Part shown: one piece after another, positions 35,525 through 45,141 of the stretch
How the letters are laid out: each line of letters starts with the position of its first letter
Numbering within the stretch: position 1 is the first letter of the stretch
Source: Parachlamydiales bacterium
Lineage (GTDB): Bacteria; Chlamydiota; Chlamydiia; Chlamydiales; SM23-39
Assembly (NCBI GenBank): GCA_050302075.1
Contig: JBNLAH010000003.1
Span: 4,484-68,483 of the forward strand
Direction of reading: 5' to 3'
Length of the DNA stretch: 64,000 nucleotides
Program-made: the position numbers and the translations under genes
The notes under the pieces: generated by a model
What the model was told of the DNA's origin: nothing
Database searches by the model: none
What the model saw: the letters and a program-made list of their open reading frames with translations, nothing else

Positions 35525-37690
35525 TCAACTTACAAGCTTTTTTTGCTTTTGATGGTTGTTAAAAGGTTTATAATAGCCTTGGTATTGACTAAAAAAGCCC
35601 CTTAGTAAAGAAGGAGCTAAGTCCATTAATACCATAAAGTCTTTTAACTTTTGCTCAAATAATGGCAACCTTTCATAATCTAATTTTTTATACTCGCATA
35701 AAAAATAGATAGCAGCTGACAATGCTATCATATCAAAGTAACTTTGTTTACTCGGCTCTATGTTAAGCCTACTCTCATAAATTTGCATACAACACCCTAA
35801 AAACTCATTTAACTCATAGCCTTCTATTTTCGATGCATCTGTTAATTTTTTGTTTTTAGTTTTTACATAAACAAAAAAAGCACCGAGTAAACACTTGTTA
35901 GTTATTTGAAAAAGTGCACTCTTATCACTTTGTAGCATCGCAATTATTTGTAATTTTGATTCAACATAAATACTAAGCGAATTTAAATTAACATGATTTG
36001 GATGAAACAAATAAATCATAATTTCATATGCAAAAGATGAATTTAAGAATTTAGATTCAGCATCTAAAAGCGTTTCATTTTGAGCTAGTTTCTTTGAAAT
36101 CTCATCTTTAATTGCCTTAGCCCTTTTTAAAAGATTTTCATCGATTAACATCAGGGCCGTCTTAAAATCAAAGATACTGGCTATAAGTTCCACTTCTTTT
36201 GAATTAGAAACCATTTGACCTTGCGCTGAACTAGAGGTTATAGCTGATGCAGAAGGCACATCTACATTCTGAATTTCTAAGGTGTTGCTATCAACTTCAA
36301 TGGATTTTGATATGGAAGATATTTCTATAGAACTTGCGAGTGAGTCTAACCTTTTGATAGCTTCAATGGTATCTTCATCTAACTCAACTTCCTGAGATAT
36401 TATTTTAATATTCGACAAAACATCTTTAAAATAATTAGTTTCAACTCTTTGTAGATAAATTCCCTCTAATTGCTCTTTTGTCATATTATCTAACTCATCT
36501 GCAGTTATATCTTTTAATCTTTCACCTTCTTTGCAGCGAGCTTGATTAAGCCTAAAAGCTAGAAAAACCTCTAAACACGAGAACTTAATATAAATTTTTA
36601 AAAACTTTGGTAGGAATTTTTTATAATAAGCATAGTCTACGCAATCCTTTTTTTTATTTTTAAAATAAAAACATATAAGAGCCAAAGAGCTGTTAGATTT
36701 TATAAATAACGCAGGATCTGGTGTTAGAATGGGAAGTGGCTTTGAACCGCTCTCTTTACTATATTTGAAATAAAAAGCTCTTACTAAAGTCCATTCTGAT
36801 AGTATGCTTTTAAAAAGATGTATCAAATTTCTTTGATGAGGTAATTTTTTAAATTCTTTAATTGTAGCTTCTAGCTGCTTTAATGAAACATCAGGCAAAT
36901 AAAGATCATATAATTTTCTATCCAATTCATACATCTCATTGATATTTAAAAGGTTATATTTGCATAAAAAGTAAATAGATGCTGCAACCGCTTGTACTTG
37001 AATATAATCAATTTCATCTTCTTGCATGCTAAATCTTTGGTTATAGATTATTTGAGATGCCCAAATTAATTTATGGATATCTATCGTGTCTAAGATAAAA
37101 CAACCATCAACATCTTCAAAAATTTGAATTGCAATTAAATAAGCTCCAAATAAAACCTTTGGAGGGGGCCATTTCGGATCTTTTTCAACAGCAAAGTCTC
37201 GGCTTTCTTTTGACCTCAACATTTTCTTTATTTTTGTTAGGTCTTTAAACAGCCTATTATGGTTCATAACCGATTTAATCTGCCCGCGAGAATAATAGAG
37301 CATCATTGCATCATAAAAAGATAACGAGATCATGAATTTTTGTTGCTCTTCTGTATAGTTACCCTGACTTTTCATTTTAATGCTATTAAGCATTATGAAA
37401 GATTTTTGAGCTAAAATACGATCTTCAGAAAACAGCGCAACTTTAATATCTAATAATTTTGAGCAACTTTTTAACTGCCTACTAGTACCAGTTAAAGATG
37501 TAATATCTATAACCTCTCTAGATTCCAAAATTGTTTGAAAATCTTTTTTATTATTTCTAAAGTCTAATAAGTTAGAAAAAACATCTTCAAAAATTTTACT
37601 TGCTTTAGTTGGAAGAGTTGGAATAGCCACCTTTGGAAAATCTTCCAATTTAATGTCTTCACTATTTTCAACCCTCTGAATACAATTCAT
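35525..37690 (-). CDS. Large hypothetical protein with internal two-module duplication
   Basis: 721 aa, no signal peptide. The N- and C-terminal halves share blocks (AVAASIYFLCKYNLLN versus ALSAAIYFLCEYKKLD), separated by a Ser-rich linker. Confidence 0.5.
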   Translation of the reverse strand: MNCIQRVENSEDIKLEDFPKVAIPTLPTKASKIFEDVFSNLLDFRNNKKDFQTILESREVIDITSLTGTSRQLKSCSKLLDIKVALFSEDRILAQKSFIMLNSIKMKSQGNYTEEQQKFMISLSFYDAMMLYYSRGQIKSVMNHNRLFKDLTKIKKMLRSKESRDFAVEKDPKWPPPKVLFGAYLIAIQIFEDVDGCFILDTIDIHKLIWASQIIYNQRFSMQEDEIDYIQVQAVAASIYFLCKYNLLNINEMYELDRKLYDLYLPDVSLKQLEATIKEFKKLPHQRNLIHLFKSILSEWTLVRAFYFKYSKESGSKPLPILTPDPALFIKSNSSLALICFYFKNKKKDCVDYAYYKKFLPKFLKIYIKFSCLEVFLAFRLNQARCKEGERLKDITADELDNMTKEQLEGIYLQRVETNYFKDVLSNIKIISQEVELDEDTIEAIKRLDSLASSIEISSISKSIEVDSNTLEIQNVDVPSASAITSSSAQGQMVSNSKEVELIASIFDFKTALMLIDENLLKRAKAIKDEISKKLAQNETLLDAESKFLNSSFAYEIMIYLFHPNHVNLNSLSIYVESKLQIIAMLQSDKSALFQITNKCLLGAFFVYVKTKNKKLTDASKIEGYELNEFLGCCMQIYESRLNIEPSKQSYFDMIALSAAIYFLCEYKKLDYERLPLFEQKLKDFMVLMDLAPSLLRGFFSQYQGYYKPFNNHQKQKKLVS

Positions 37691-37769
37691 TTTTTCTTAA
37701 ATTTTTTTATTAAGATGAATTTCTATAGCAATTAGCAGAAAAAAATCAAGCCGTAAATTCAGCATAACT

Positions 37770-37791
37770 AAAAGGGAGCAAGTATGCTCCC
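37770..37791 (-). terminator. Rho-independent terminator after OMP paralog A
   Basis: Minus strand GGGAGCA-TACT-TGCTCCC followed by TTTT, about 12 nt after the stop at 37804. Confidence 0.6.
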
Positions 37792-37803
37792 TAATTTAGA
37801 ACA

Positions 37804-38875
37804 TTAGAAATCGAATCTAGCACCAACATTTAAACCGTGAGACAAGACTGATCTTCTCCAGTTAAATAAATCTGTTGGGACTGTTGCATCTGTTGAAACA
37901 TTGTACTCTTCTAAGTAAGAGACAAAGTTTGGCCAGTAGTGCAATTCATATCCAAGCTTTAGTCCAAAATAGTAACAGCATTTACAAAAATGCTTTCCCC
38001 AAGTAAGACCTAAGCCTGCTTGAGCATTCATTTGGAAATCTGTGTCTTTATAGTTTTGAGTAAGTGTTGATGTACTTGCAAAGTTAGTTGCAGTATCAAA
38101 CAACGTTGACTCATCTCTGATTCTATAGTTTTTTTGCCCGATCAATGCTGAGAATGAAGAGTTTCCATATAAGCCGAATCCCCAACATAAATCAACATTC
38201 ATGTCCATACCAGTGTGTAGACCAACACCTAAATTAAAATGATGGTTTACATCAACATGGTGTGTTTGTGGGAAACCTACAACAGAGTTCTCTGCTACAT
38301 AGTCAACTCTTAAATCTGTTTTTACCCAAGCAAACCTAACACCTACAAATGGGCTAAAAGAATATCTTGAGCATGTGTATACTGTATTAAAATCAAAGTC
38401 CAACATTCTCATTTTGAAGCGGTTTTTTGCACTAGCAGAAAGACTTAAAAGTCCTGTTGTGTCCCCTTCAAATGGATCGTTTAAAAGCCAGTAAGCAGAT
38501 ATTGAATTGCTGATATTAGAACTTGATGTCACGTTCCCAACTGAAAATGAATCTGTTCCATCAGTGCTATACTGGGTGTACTTTGCTGTTCCAAAAGAGC
38601 AGTTAGAAAAGTAAACTCCCAAAGCTACTCTAAATCCTGAATCAGCAGACAAAGGCACATTATGGATATTTGAGCTATATGTATTTATAGCATTTCCTGT
38701 CCCTATAGAAAATGGCGGAACTCTGTACCTTTCACTTGCATATGGTGTTAAGCTATATGTTTTAAGGTATAAATACTCACCTTCCACAAATGCCCAGCCA
38801 CATTTCACAGGTAGTGGAAGACCAAAACAACATCTTTTGTAATTTTCATCACAGCCACACCTTGGCTCATAACAT
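37804..38875 (-). repeat. Direct repeat copy 1 (about 1.04-1.07 kb, near-identical to 40559..41630)
   Basis: By-eye alignment at a constant offset of 2755 bp. I found three mismatches between 37804 and about 38840, then progressive divergence to about 38875. Confidence 0.85.
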
Positions 38876-39036
38876 AAACTGCTACTTTTACTAGCTTGCC
38901 AGTCTTGCATATCAACTTTATCGTTGTTTTTTGACCTTGCTGATATGTCAAATTCAAAATCATTATCTTCTGCAAAACCGAAAGTCGCAAAAAACAATCC
39001 AATAGCTAGAGGAACTTTAAAAAACTGTTTCATCAC
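37804..39036 (-). CDS. Cys-containing beta-barrel outer membrane protein, MOMP-like family (paralog A)
   Basis: 410 aa. Signal peptide (...FGFA/EDN). CxC and CC motifs (EPRCGCDENYKRCCFGLPLPVKCGW). Alternating beta-strand pattern. C-terminal GARFDF with terminal Phe. Start is GTG at 39036 or ATG at 39033. Confidence 0.7.
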   Translation of the reverse strand: MMKQFFKVPLAIGLFFATFGFAEDNDFEFDISARSKNNDKVDMQDWQASKSSSLCYEPRCGCDENYKRCCFGLPLPVKCGWAFVEGEYLYLKTYSLTPYASERYRVPPFSIGTGNAINTYSSNIHNVPLSADSGFRVALGVYFSNCSFGTAKYTQYSTDGTDSFSVGNVTSSSNISNSISAYWLLNDPFEGDTTGLLSLSASAKNRFKMRMLDFDFNTVYTCSRYSFSPFVGVRFAWVKTDLRVDYVAENSVVGFPQTHHVDVNHHFNLGVGLHTGMDMNVDLCWGFGLYGNSSFSALIGQKNYRIRDESTLFDTATNFASTSTLTQNYKDTDFQMNAQAGLGLTWGKHFCKCCYYFGLKLGYELHYWPNFVSYLEEYNVSTDATVPTDLFNWRRSVLSHGLNVGARFDF

Positions 39037-39130
39037 CTTTTGTAACCTTATTTCTTAAATTTTACGCTTGGTTTAAGTTACTTAATATAAAGTAAAAATT
39101 TCAATAAATTATTTCCTTTAAACAAACTCC

Positions 39131-40396
39131 TTAAAAATCAAAACGAATTCCTGCATTCAGGCCATGTGAAAATACAGTTCTTTTCCAAACGAAAGTATCT
39201 CTTGGAATCGAATTAGCACCTACTGCATTAGAATTTAAATAAGTTAAAAAATTTGGCCAAAATATTGCTTCATAGCCGACCTTGATACCGGCATAATAAG
39301 CACATTTACAAAAATGAGCTCCCCAGTGGAATCCACATCCAAAAGAACCCGAAAATTGAACATCTGTTTGTTTATAATTTTCTGTTACTCTTGAACGAAC
39401 CGGGCCTGAATCATTTAGTAAAAGGATATCGCGTATTCGAAAGTTTCTTTGTCCAACTATAGCAGAAAATGATGACGAAGTATAAAAATTCAAATTCCAG
39501 CATAGATCTAAATTCATATCAATTCCAGTATGAAACCCAGCTCCTAAGTTAAAATGCTGGCTGACATCAATATGGTGGCCTTGTTCAAAGTCTAAAGTTG
39601 GATCAATATATTTATAATCTACGAATAAATCTGTTTTAACCCATGCTACTCTAGCCCCAACAAATGGATTAATTGAAAGATTAGAGCAAGTGATTGCTCT
39701 GTAGAAATCAAAGTCTATTACCTTCATCCTGAATCTATTGGCAGCATTACTGTTTACTTGGGTGACATTATTTAAATCAGTTGGGCCACCTCTTGTCGCA
39801 AGCAGCCAAAAAATAGTTAGACCAGATCTATTGGGAGCCGCCGCTGAATCTATATTGTCTACAGAAACACTGGCCTTTCCATCTGTTTCAAATTGGGTAT
39901 ATTTGGCTGTAAAGTAAGAGCAGGAAGAAAAATATATTCCCAAGCATGCTCTATAACCTGAATTAGCATCTAAAGGGACAAATAAATCCTCTGAGTCATA
40001 TTCAGTTGCACTTCCAATCGTTGGAGGAGGAACCTGCCTCCTAACTCCTAAAAATGGAGTTAAGCTATATGTTTTAAGGTATAGATATTCACCTTCGAGA
40101 AAGACCATACCACACCTTGCCGGTAAAGGCAGTGGGTAACAACACCTTGTATAAGGCTCACAGCAGCTTTTTGTCATACATAGAGAAGATTCTTTTTGCT
40201 TAGTTTGTTTTAATTTTTTTTCACTTCTTTCACTGCTTTCCTTTTTTTTAACATCTTCAATTGAAAAAAAACCTTTGTCTGACAAGTCTGCATTCTCAGT
40301 CAGTGTTTTATCCGGAGCTTTATTTTCTACTTTGATATCGACTTCTTCTGCAAAAATTGCACTAAAAAAGAAAAATGCTGTAAATAGTGTTCTCAT
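39131..40396 (-). CDS. Cys-containing beta-barrel outer membrane protein, MOMP-like family (divergent paralog B)
   Basis: 421 aa. Signal peptide, Lys/Glu/Ser-rich N-terminal region, CCEPYTRCCYPLPLPARCGM, shared EGEYLYLKTYSLTP block, C-terminal GIRFDF. Confidence 0.7.
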   Translation of the reverse strand: MRTLFTAFFFFSAIFAEEVDIKVENKAPDKTLTENADLSDKGFFSIEDVKKKESSERSEKKLKQTKQKESSLCMTKSCCEPYTRCCYPLPLPARCGMVFLEGEYLYLKTYSLTPFLGVRRQVPPPTIGSATEYDSEDLFVPLDANSGYRACLGIYFSSCSYFTAKYTQFETDGKASVSVDNIDSAAAPNRSGLTIFWLLATRGGPTDLNNVTQVNSNAANRFRMKVIDFDFYRAITCSNLSINPFVGARVAWVKTDLFVDYKYIDPTLDFEQGHHIDVSQHFNLGAGFHTGIDMNLDLCWNLNFYTSSSFSAIVGQRNFRIRDILLLNDSGPVRSRVTENYKQTDVQFSGSFGCGFHWGAHFCKCAYYAGIKVGYEAIFWPNFLTYLNSNAVGANSIPRDTFVWKRTVFSHGLNAGIRFDF

Positions 40397-40513
40397 AGCT
40401 ACCTTTAGTATTTAAAAAAGACAAATACTAAAAGTAAGTTAGGGGTCAATTTATTTCAAAGAAGATCTTATAATTTTTATTTTAAACTTATGAGAAAATT
40501 TATTAGACAAAGA

Positions 40514-40542
40514 CAAAAAGGGACCCTAAGAAAAAGGGTCCC
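40514..40542 (-). terminator. Rho-independent terminator after OMP paralog C
   Basis: Minus strand GGGACCCT-TTTTCTT-AGGGTCCC followed by TTTTT, about 16 nt after the stop at 40559. Confidence 0.7.
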
Positions 40543-40558
40543 TATGCTTAAAGTTACG

Positions 40559-41630
40559 TTAGAAATCGAATCTAGCACCAACATTTAAACCGTGAGACAA
40601 GACTGATCTTCTCCAGTTAAATAAATCTGCTGGGACTGTTGCATCTGTTGAAACATTGTACTCTTCTAAGTAAGAGACAAAGTTTGGCCAGTAGTGCAAT
40701 TCATATCCAAGCTTTAGTCCAAAATAGTAACAGCATTTACAAAAATGCTTTCCCCAAGTAAGACCTAAGCCTGCTTGAGCATTCATTTGGAAATCTGTGT
40801 CTTTATAGTTTTGAGTAAGTGTTGATGTACTTGCAAAGTTAGTTGCAGTATCAAACAACGTTGACTCATCTCTGATTCTATAGTATTTTTGCCCGATCAA
40901 TGCTGAGAATGAAGAGTTTCCATATAAGCCGAATCCCCAACATAAATCAACATTCATGTCCATACCAGTGTGTAGACCAACACCTAAATTAAAATGATGG
41001 TTTACATCAACATGGTGTGTTTGTGGGAAACCTACAACAGAGTTCTCTGCTACATAGTCAACTCTTAAATCTGTTTTTACCCAAGCAAACCTAACACCTA
41101 CAAATGGGCTAAAAGAATATCTTGAGCATGTGTATACTGTATTAAAATCAAAGTCCAACATTCTCATTTTGAAGCGGTTTTTTGCACTAGCAGAAAGACT
41201 TAAAAGTCCTGTTGTGTCCCCTTCAAATGGATCGTTTAAAAGCCAGTAAGCAGATATTGAATTGCTGATATTAGAACTTGATGTCACATTCCCAACTGAA
41301 AATGAATCTGTTCCATCAGTGCTATACTGGGTGTACTTTGCTGTTCCAAAAGAGCAGTTAGAAAAGTAAACTCCCAAAGCTACTCTAAATCCTGAATCAG
41401 CAGACAAAGGCACATTATGGATATTTGAGCTATATGTATTTATAGCATTTCCTGTCCCTATAGAAAATGGCGGAACTCTGTACCTTTCACTTGCATATGG
41501 TGTTAAGCTATATGTTTTAAGGTATAAATACTCACCTTCCACAAATGCCCAGCCACATTTCACAGGTAGTGGAAGACCAAAACAACATCTTTTGTAGTCT
41601 TCATCACAGCCACATCTTGGCTCAAAACAT
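40559..41630 (-). repeat. Direct repeat copy 2 (near-identical to 37804..38875)
   Basis: Same alignment. The repeat starts exactly at the stop codon (ttagaaatcgaatct...). The flanks downstream of the stop differ. Confidence 0.85.
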
Positions 41631-41818
41631 AATGAATCATCTTCTTGATTCATCGTTTGTCTATTACCGTTCATCATGTCACGATTATTCATATTACGTG
41701 ACTTTTTGTTTGATCTTGCGACCACGGCCCCACTTTCATAATCATTACTTTGAGCAAAAGTTAAACTCATGAAAAGAAATGAGGCTAAAAAAGGTAATTT
41801 ATATAGAATACCCCTCAT
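40559..41818 (-). CDS. Cys-containing beta-barrel outer membrane protein, MOMP-like family (paralog C, near-identical barrel to A)
   Basis: I place the start at the ATG at 41818, preceded by AGGAGG at 5-nt spacing (MRGILYKLPFLASFLFMSLTFAQ). The ORF track extends to 41869. The C-terminal roughly 345 aa are almost identical to paralog A. The N-terminal region is Asn/Met-rich and unrelated. Confidence 0.7.
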   Translation of the reverse strand: MRGILYKLPFLASFLFMSLTFAQSNDYESGAVVARSNKKSRNMNNRDMMNGNRQTMNQEDDSLCFEPRCGCDEDYKRCCFGLPLPVKCGWAFVEGEYLYLKTYSLTPYASERYRVPPFSIGTGNAINTYSSNIHNVPLSADSGFRVALGVYFSNCSFGTAKYTQYSTDGTDSFSVGNVTSSSNISNSISAYWLLNDPFEGDTTGLLSLSASAKNRFKMRMLDFDFNTVYTCSRYSFSPFVGVRFAWVKTDLRVDYVAENSVVGFPQTHHVDVNHHFNLGVGLHTGMDMNVDLCWGFGLYGNSSFSALIGQKYYRIRDESTLFDTATNFASTSTLTQNYKDTDFQMNAQAGLGLTWGKHFCKCCYYFGLKLGYELHYWPNFVSYLEEYNVSTDATVPADLFNWRRSVLSHGLNVGARFDF

Positions 41819-41938
41819 AAAAATCCTCCTCGTTTTCTTTCCGTTTATCATAAAAAGTAATTTTATCAAGAAAAAAAATAAAAATAATTTGATATTTTTG
41901 AAAAAAATAAAATTAAAACTACAAAAAGATAATCTAAT

Positions 41939-43336
41939 TTAGGACTTTTTTCTTTTAGATGAAGCTTTTGTTTTGTACTCTTTTAGAGTCTTTTTTACCT
42001 CTTTAGCATGATCTAGCATGGGAAGTGGATATGAGCACTTATCATGATGTTTTCCCAAATACCACTGGTGTATTTCTTTATAATCCAAATTAACAAGTTC
42101 TAAAACCCACTTTTTAATATATAAACATTTAGGATCTATTTTTAGTGCCTGAGTCCAAGGATTAAATACTCTGAAGTAAGGCTGCGCATCACATCCTGTA
42201 CTGGCAGCCCACTGCCAATTACCATTATTAACAGCAGGGTCGTAGTCTATAAGAGTTCTTGCAAAGTATTTTTCACCCCATCTCCAATCAATATGTAGGT
42301 CCTTAACAAGAAAACTAGCTACAATCATACGAGTTCTATTATGCATAAACCCAGTCTGGTTCATTTCTCGCATACCGGCATCTACAATTGGAAATCCCGT
42401 ATTGCCTTCGCACCACTTTTTAAATTTTGCCTTATTATTTTCCCACTTAATGTTATTAAATTTATGGTTAAAAGCACCTTTAAATACATGAGGGTAATAA
42501 AAAGCAACATTTGTAAAAAAGTCTCTCCAATATAAAGATCTTAAAAGCTCTGAGCTACTTCCTAACTGTCTTAATATAGCATGATACACCTCTCTTATTG
42601 AGCATGTTGTAAATTTTAAATGAGCTGAAAGATGAGTGGTTTTGTCAGGGTATGGAAAATCTCGATCTATGCTATATTTTGAAAACTTCTTTAGGTTTTT
42701 TAAAATTTTCAATGCTTCAGACCTTCCTCCTTTAGCTTGTTCGAAGCGCTTTGGTAAAACTTTTTTATTTAAGCTATTGTCTTTAGCAAAAGGAATAGTT
42801 TTCGAATAATAGTTATTATAACGATTATTTATAGGAGGTAAAACATCAAGCTTAGATGCATTTCGATAAAAAGGAGTAAAGATAGAGTAAGGTTTTTTAT
42901 CTTTTTTTAAAGTTTTTTCAACTGGAACCAATAGGGCATCGTCCGTAGAGTGAAGGTCGACCTTATACTTTGTACATGCGGCCTTGATTTTCTTATCTCT
43001 TTCGATGCTATACGGTGTATAGTCCCTATTAATAAAGACTGCTTCTATTTTCAGTTTTTCTATGCATTCAGACACTACTTTCTCAGGAGCTCCCCAAAAC
43101 AAATAAAGCTTGCCTTTTTTAGCATTTAATTCCTTTTCCAAATCTTCCAATGACTCAATCATAAATTGTAGGCAACGGTCACTTCGATATTGATTATGTT
43201 TAATTTGCTCTGGAGTGAAGATAAATGAGCAAATGACTTCTTTAGAATTATTGAGAGCTAAGATTAACCCTCTATTATCTTGAATCCTCAGATCTCTTCT
43301 AAAGATGAACAACGATCTTTGATATTTTTTTTCCAC
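41939..43336 (-). CDS. phrB: Deoxyribodipyrimidine photolyase (class I CPD photolyase/cryptochrome family)
   Basis: 465 aa with a GTG start. FRRDLRIQDN; TGFPIVDAGMREM..TGFMHNRTRMIVASFL; NNGNWQWAASTG; FRVFNP. Confidence 0.9.
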   Translation of the reverse strand: MEKKYQRSLFIFRRDLRIQDNRGLILALNNSKEVICSFIFTPEQIKHNQYRSDRCLQFMIESLEDLEKELNAKKGKLYLFWGAPEKVVSECIEKLKIEAVFINRDYTPYSIERDKKIKAACTKYKVDLHSTDDALLVPVEKTLKKDKKPYSIFTPFYRNASKLDVLPPINNRYNNYYSKTIPFAKDNSLNKKVLPKRFEQAKGGRSEALKILKNLKKFSKYSIDRDFPYPDKTTHLSAHLKFTTCSIREVYHAILRQLGSSSELLRSLYWRDFFTNVAFYYPHVFKGAFNHKFNNIKWENNKAKFKKWCEGNTGFPIVDAGMREMNQTGFMHNRTRMIVASFLVKDLHIDWRWGEKYFARTLIDYDPAVNNGNWQWAASTGCDAQPYFRVFNPWTQALKIDPKCLYIKKWVLELVNLDYKEIHQWYLGKHHDKCSYPLPMLDHAKEVKKTLKEYKTKASSKRKKS

Positions 43337-43346
43337 AAGCTTGCCT

Positions 43347-43802
43347 TTAAATAGTATTCCACCTTTTTAAAGTTTTGAGCATGCTCTTTGCATGAGAGCC
43401 TTCCCAGTAAATTTTTTTGCATTTTTTACAAACTTTAAAATTATTGAGATCCTCTTTTACATGCGGAGGGATTTCCTCTAGTATCTCATCTTTATTAATT
43501 TTATTAAGGATATAATTACATTTTAAACATCTTGAAAAAGGATGTAAAACCCAGTTAATTTTAAGCTTTTTATTAAGTTCTTTAACATTTTTTTCAAGCT
43601 CATTTGCGCTTAAAAAAATCACATTCTTATTCATTTCAGAAAAAAAGCTGTCGCATGTAAGTAAGATTCTATTTTCTTTTACAGCTATATTTAACATTTG
43701 AACATCATCAACATGTTCGGCAATAAACAAGGTATCATAGCCAGCAGCCCTTAGCCATTTCCCTAGTTTAATTAACATTCTGTCGCATAAGAACTTAATC
43801 AT
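43347..43802 (-). CDS. Mut7-C RNase domain (DUF82) protein
   Basis: 151 aa. N-terminal FLCDRMLIKLGKWLRAAGYDT (PIN-like Mut7-C). C-terminal zinc ribbon CLKCN...CKKCKKIYWEGSH. Confidence 0.75.
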   Translation of the reverse strand: MIKFLCDRMLIKLGKWLRAAGYDTLFIAEHVDDVQMLNIAVKENRILLTCDSFFSEMNKNVIFLSANELEKNVKELNKKLKINWVLHPFSRCLKCNYILNKINKDEILEEIPPHVKEDLNNFKVCKKCKKIYWEGSHAKSMLKTLKRWNTI

Positions 43803-43837
43803 TCAAAAATTCTTTTCAATGTCATAAAGCTAAGTGA

Positions 43838-44677
43838 CTAGTTCATAACTATCTTTTGAAGATTCCATCTTTCATCTTTATCAGATGGAGAAAATAAACA
43901 AATCTCACCAAAATCAATCTTTGCCTTTTCTCCAGTTAACAAAAAAGAGAGGCATTCAAAAACCATACTATGAGACACAATTATTTTGATACTTCCCTTA
44001 AACGACTTTTCTTTTAAAAGCTTATTAAAAGATTCATAAATCCTTCTTTTGAAAATTTCGTTTGTTTCAGCATCAGCCGGCAAAGTGCCCTCACTTTGAT
44101 TTTCTTCTAATAACCTAAAGTCCCCAAAATAACGTTCATGTATATTAGGAAAAACCTGTTCAGTTTTTTCTAGTGCCTTAGCAATAGTTTCAGCTGTTTG
44201 CCTAGTTCTTCTAAGTTCGCTAGAAATCACTGCAACATCTTGTTTTACATATAAATCCTTTAATAATAAAGCTGCTTTTTCTGCCTGGATTTCTCCTTCT
44301 TTATTTAAAGGTAAATCCAAGGGACCTTGTTTTATAAGATCTTTATTCCAATCTGTTTTGCCATGCCTCACAAATAAAAACTCCTCTCTTGGAAATATGG
44401 CTCTTATCTTTTCAACCTCTTCTACAACTTTAAAAGGCATCTTTAATACCGGTTCTATTACTCGTCTCTGACCATCGTAAGTAATTTGGAAATTCCCAAA
44501 AGATAAGTGCTTTTTAATCACCTCACTTATCGCTATATCTATATCTTCACGATCATCAGGAATATATACTAAGTATTCACCTTCAGAGTAACTTGATAAA
44601 AAAGATCTAAACTCACCAGAAAATTTCACTATAAAGCTTTTTGGACTTCTATTGCCTATTGATTGGAGTGCACTCAT
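43838..44677 (-). CDS. Histidine phosphatase superfamily (phosphoglycerate mutase-like) protein with N-terminal extension
   Basis: 279 aa. FVRHGKTDWN (catalytic RHG), SSELRRTRQTAE, VSHSMV. The first roughly 95 aa are unassigned. Confidence 0.7.
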   Translation of the reverse strand: MSALQSIGNRSPKSFIVKFSGEFRSFLSSYSEGEYLVYIPDDREDIDIAISEVIKKHLSFGNFQITYDGQRRVIEPVLKMPFKVVEEVEKIRAIFPREEFLFVRHGKTDWNKDLIKQGPLDLPLNKEGEIQAEKAALLLKDLYVKQDVAVISSELRRTRQTAETIAKALEKTEQVFPNIHERYFGDFRLLEENQSEGTLPADAETNEIFKRRIYESFNKLLKEKSFKGSIKIIVSHSMVFECLSFLLTGEKAKIDFGEICLFSPSDKDERWNLQKIVMN

Positions 44678-44770
44678 AAAAACCTCCTCATATATTTGTG
44701 AAAAAAATTTAATTGATTTTATTTATGTGAAAAAACTAATTTTTTCAAAATTAAAAACAAAGGGCATTTT

Positions 44771-45049
44771 ATGAACTTTTATTCTTTTCCCACAGAAAGA
44801 AATCTTTTTGGCTGCCTGAGAAATCACTTTTCTATAGAAGAAAACTCTTCTGTAAATAAAGATACCATTCGTTTTGCAGCTTTTTTATTTGCAAACAAAC
44901 AAAATGTTGAGCCTAAAAGAATCAGCGCTGGTGTTAGATCTGTGCTTATCAAATCTGGATTAGGTGCTGCACAAAAGAAAAGATTAGAAAATATACAGAT
45001 AATTTTAGTCGAAGCTATCAAAGATTGTGCCAAACAACAAAAAAAATAG
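44771..45049 (+). CDS. Small hypothetical protein, paralog 1 of a two-member family
   Basis: 92 aa. Shares N-terminal YSFPTERNLFGC and C-terminal EAIKDCAKQ with the ORF at 46066..46365. Confidence 0.45.
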   Translation: MNFYSFPTERNLFGCLRNHFSIEENSSVNKDTIRFAAFLFANKQNVEPKRISAGVRSVLIKSGLGAAQKKRLENIQIILVEAIKDCAKQQKK

Positions 45050-45141
45050 TCCAAATTACTTTTGTAAGCTCTCTTTCATTATATGACTAAAATTATCGCT
45101 CTATTAAGCTTGATAAAGCCAAACATTTGACATTGTCAATA

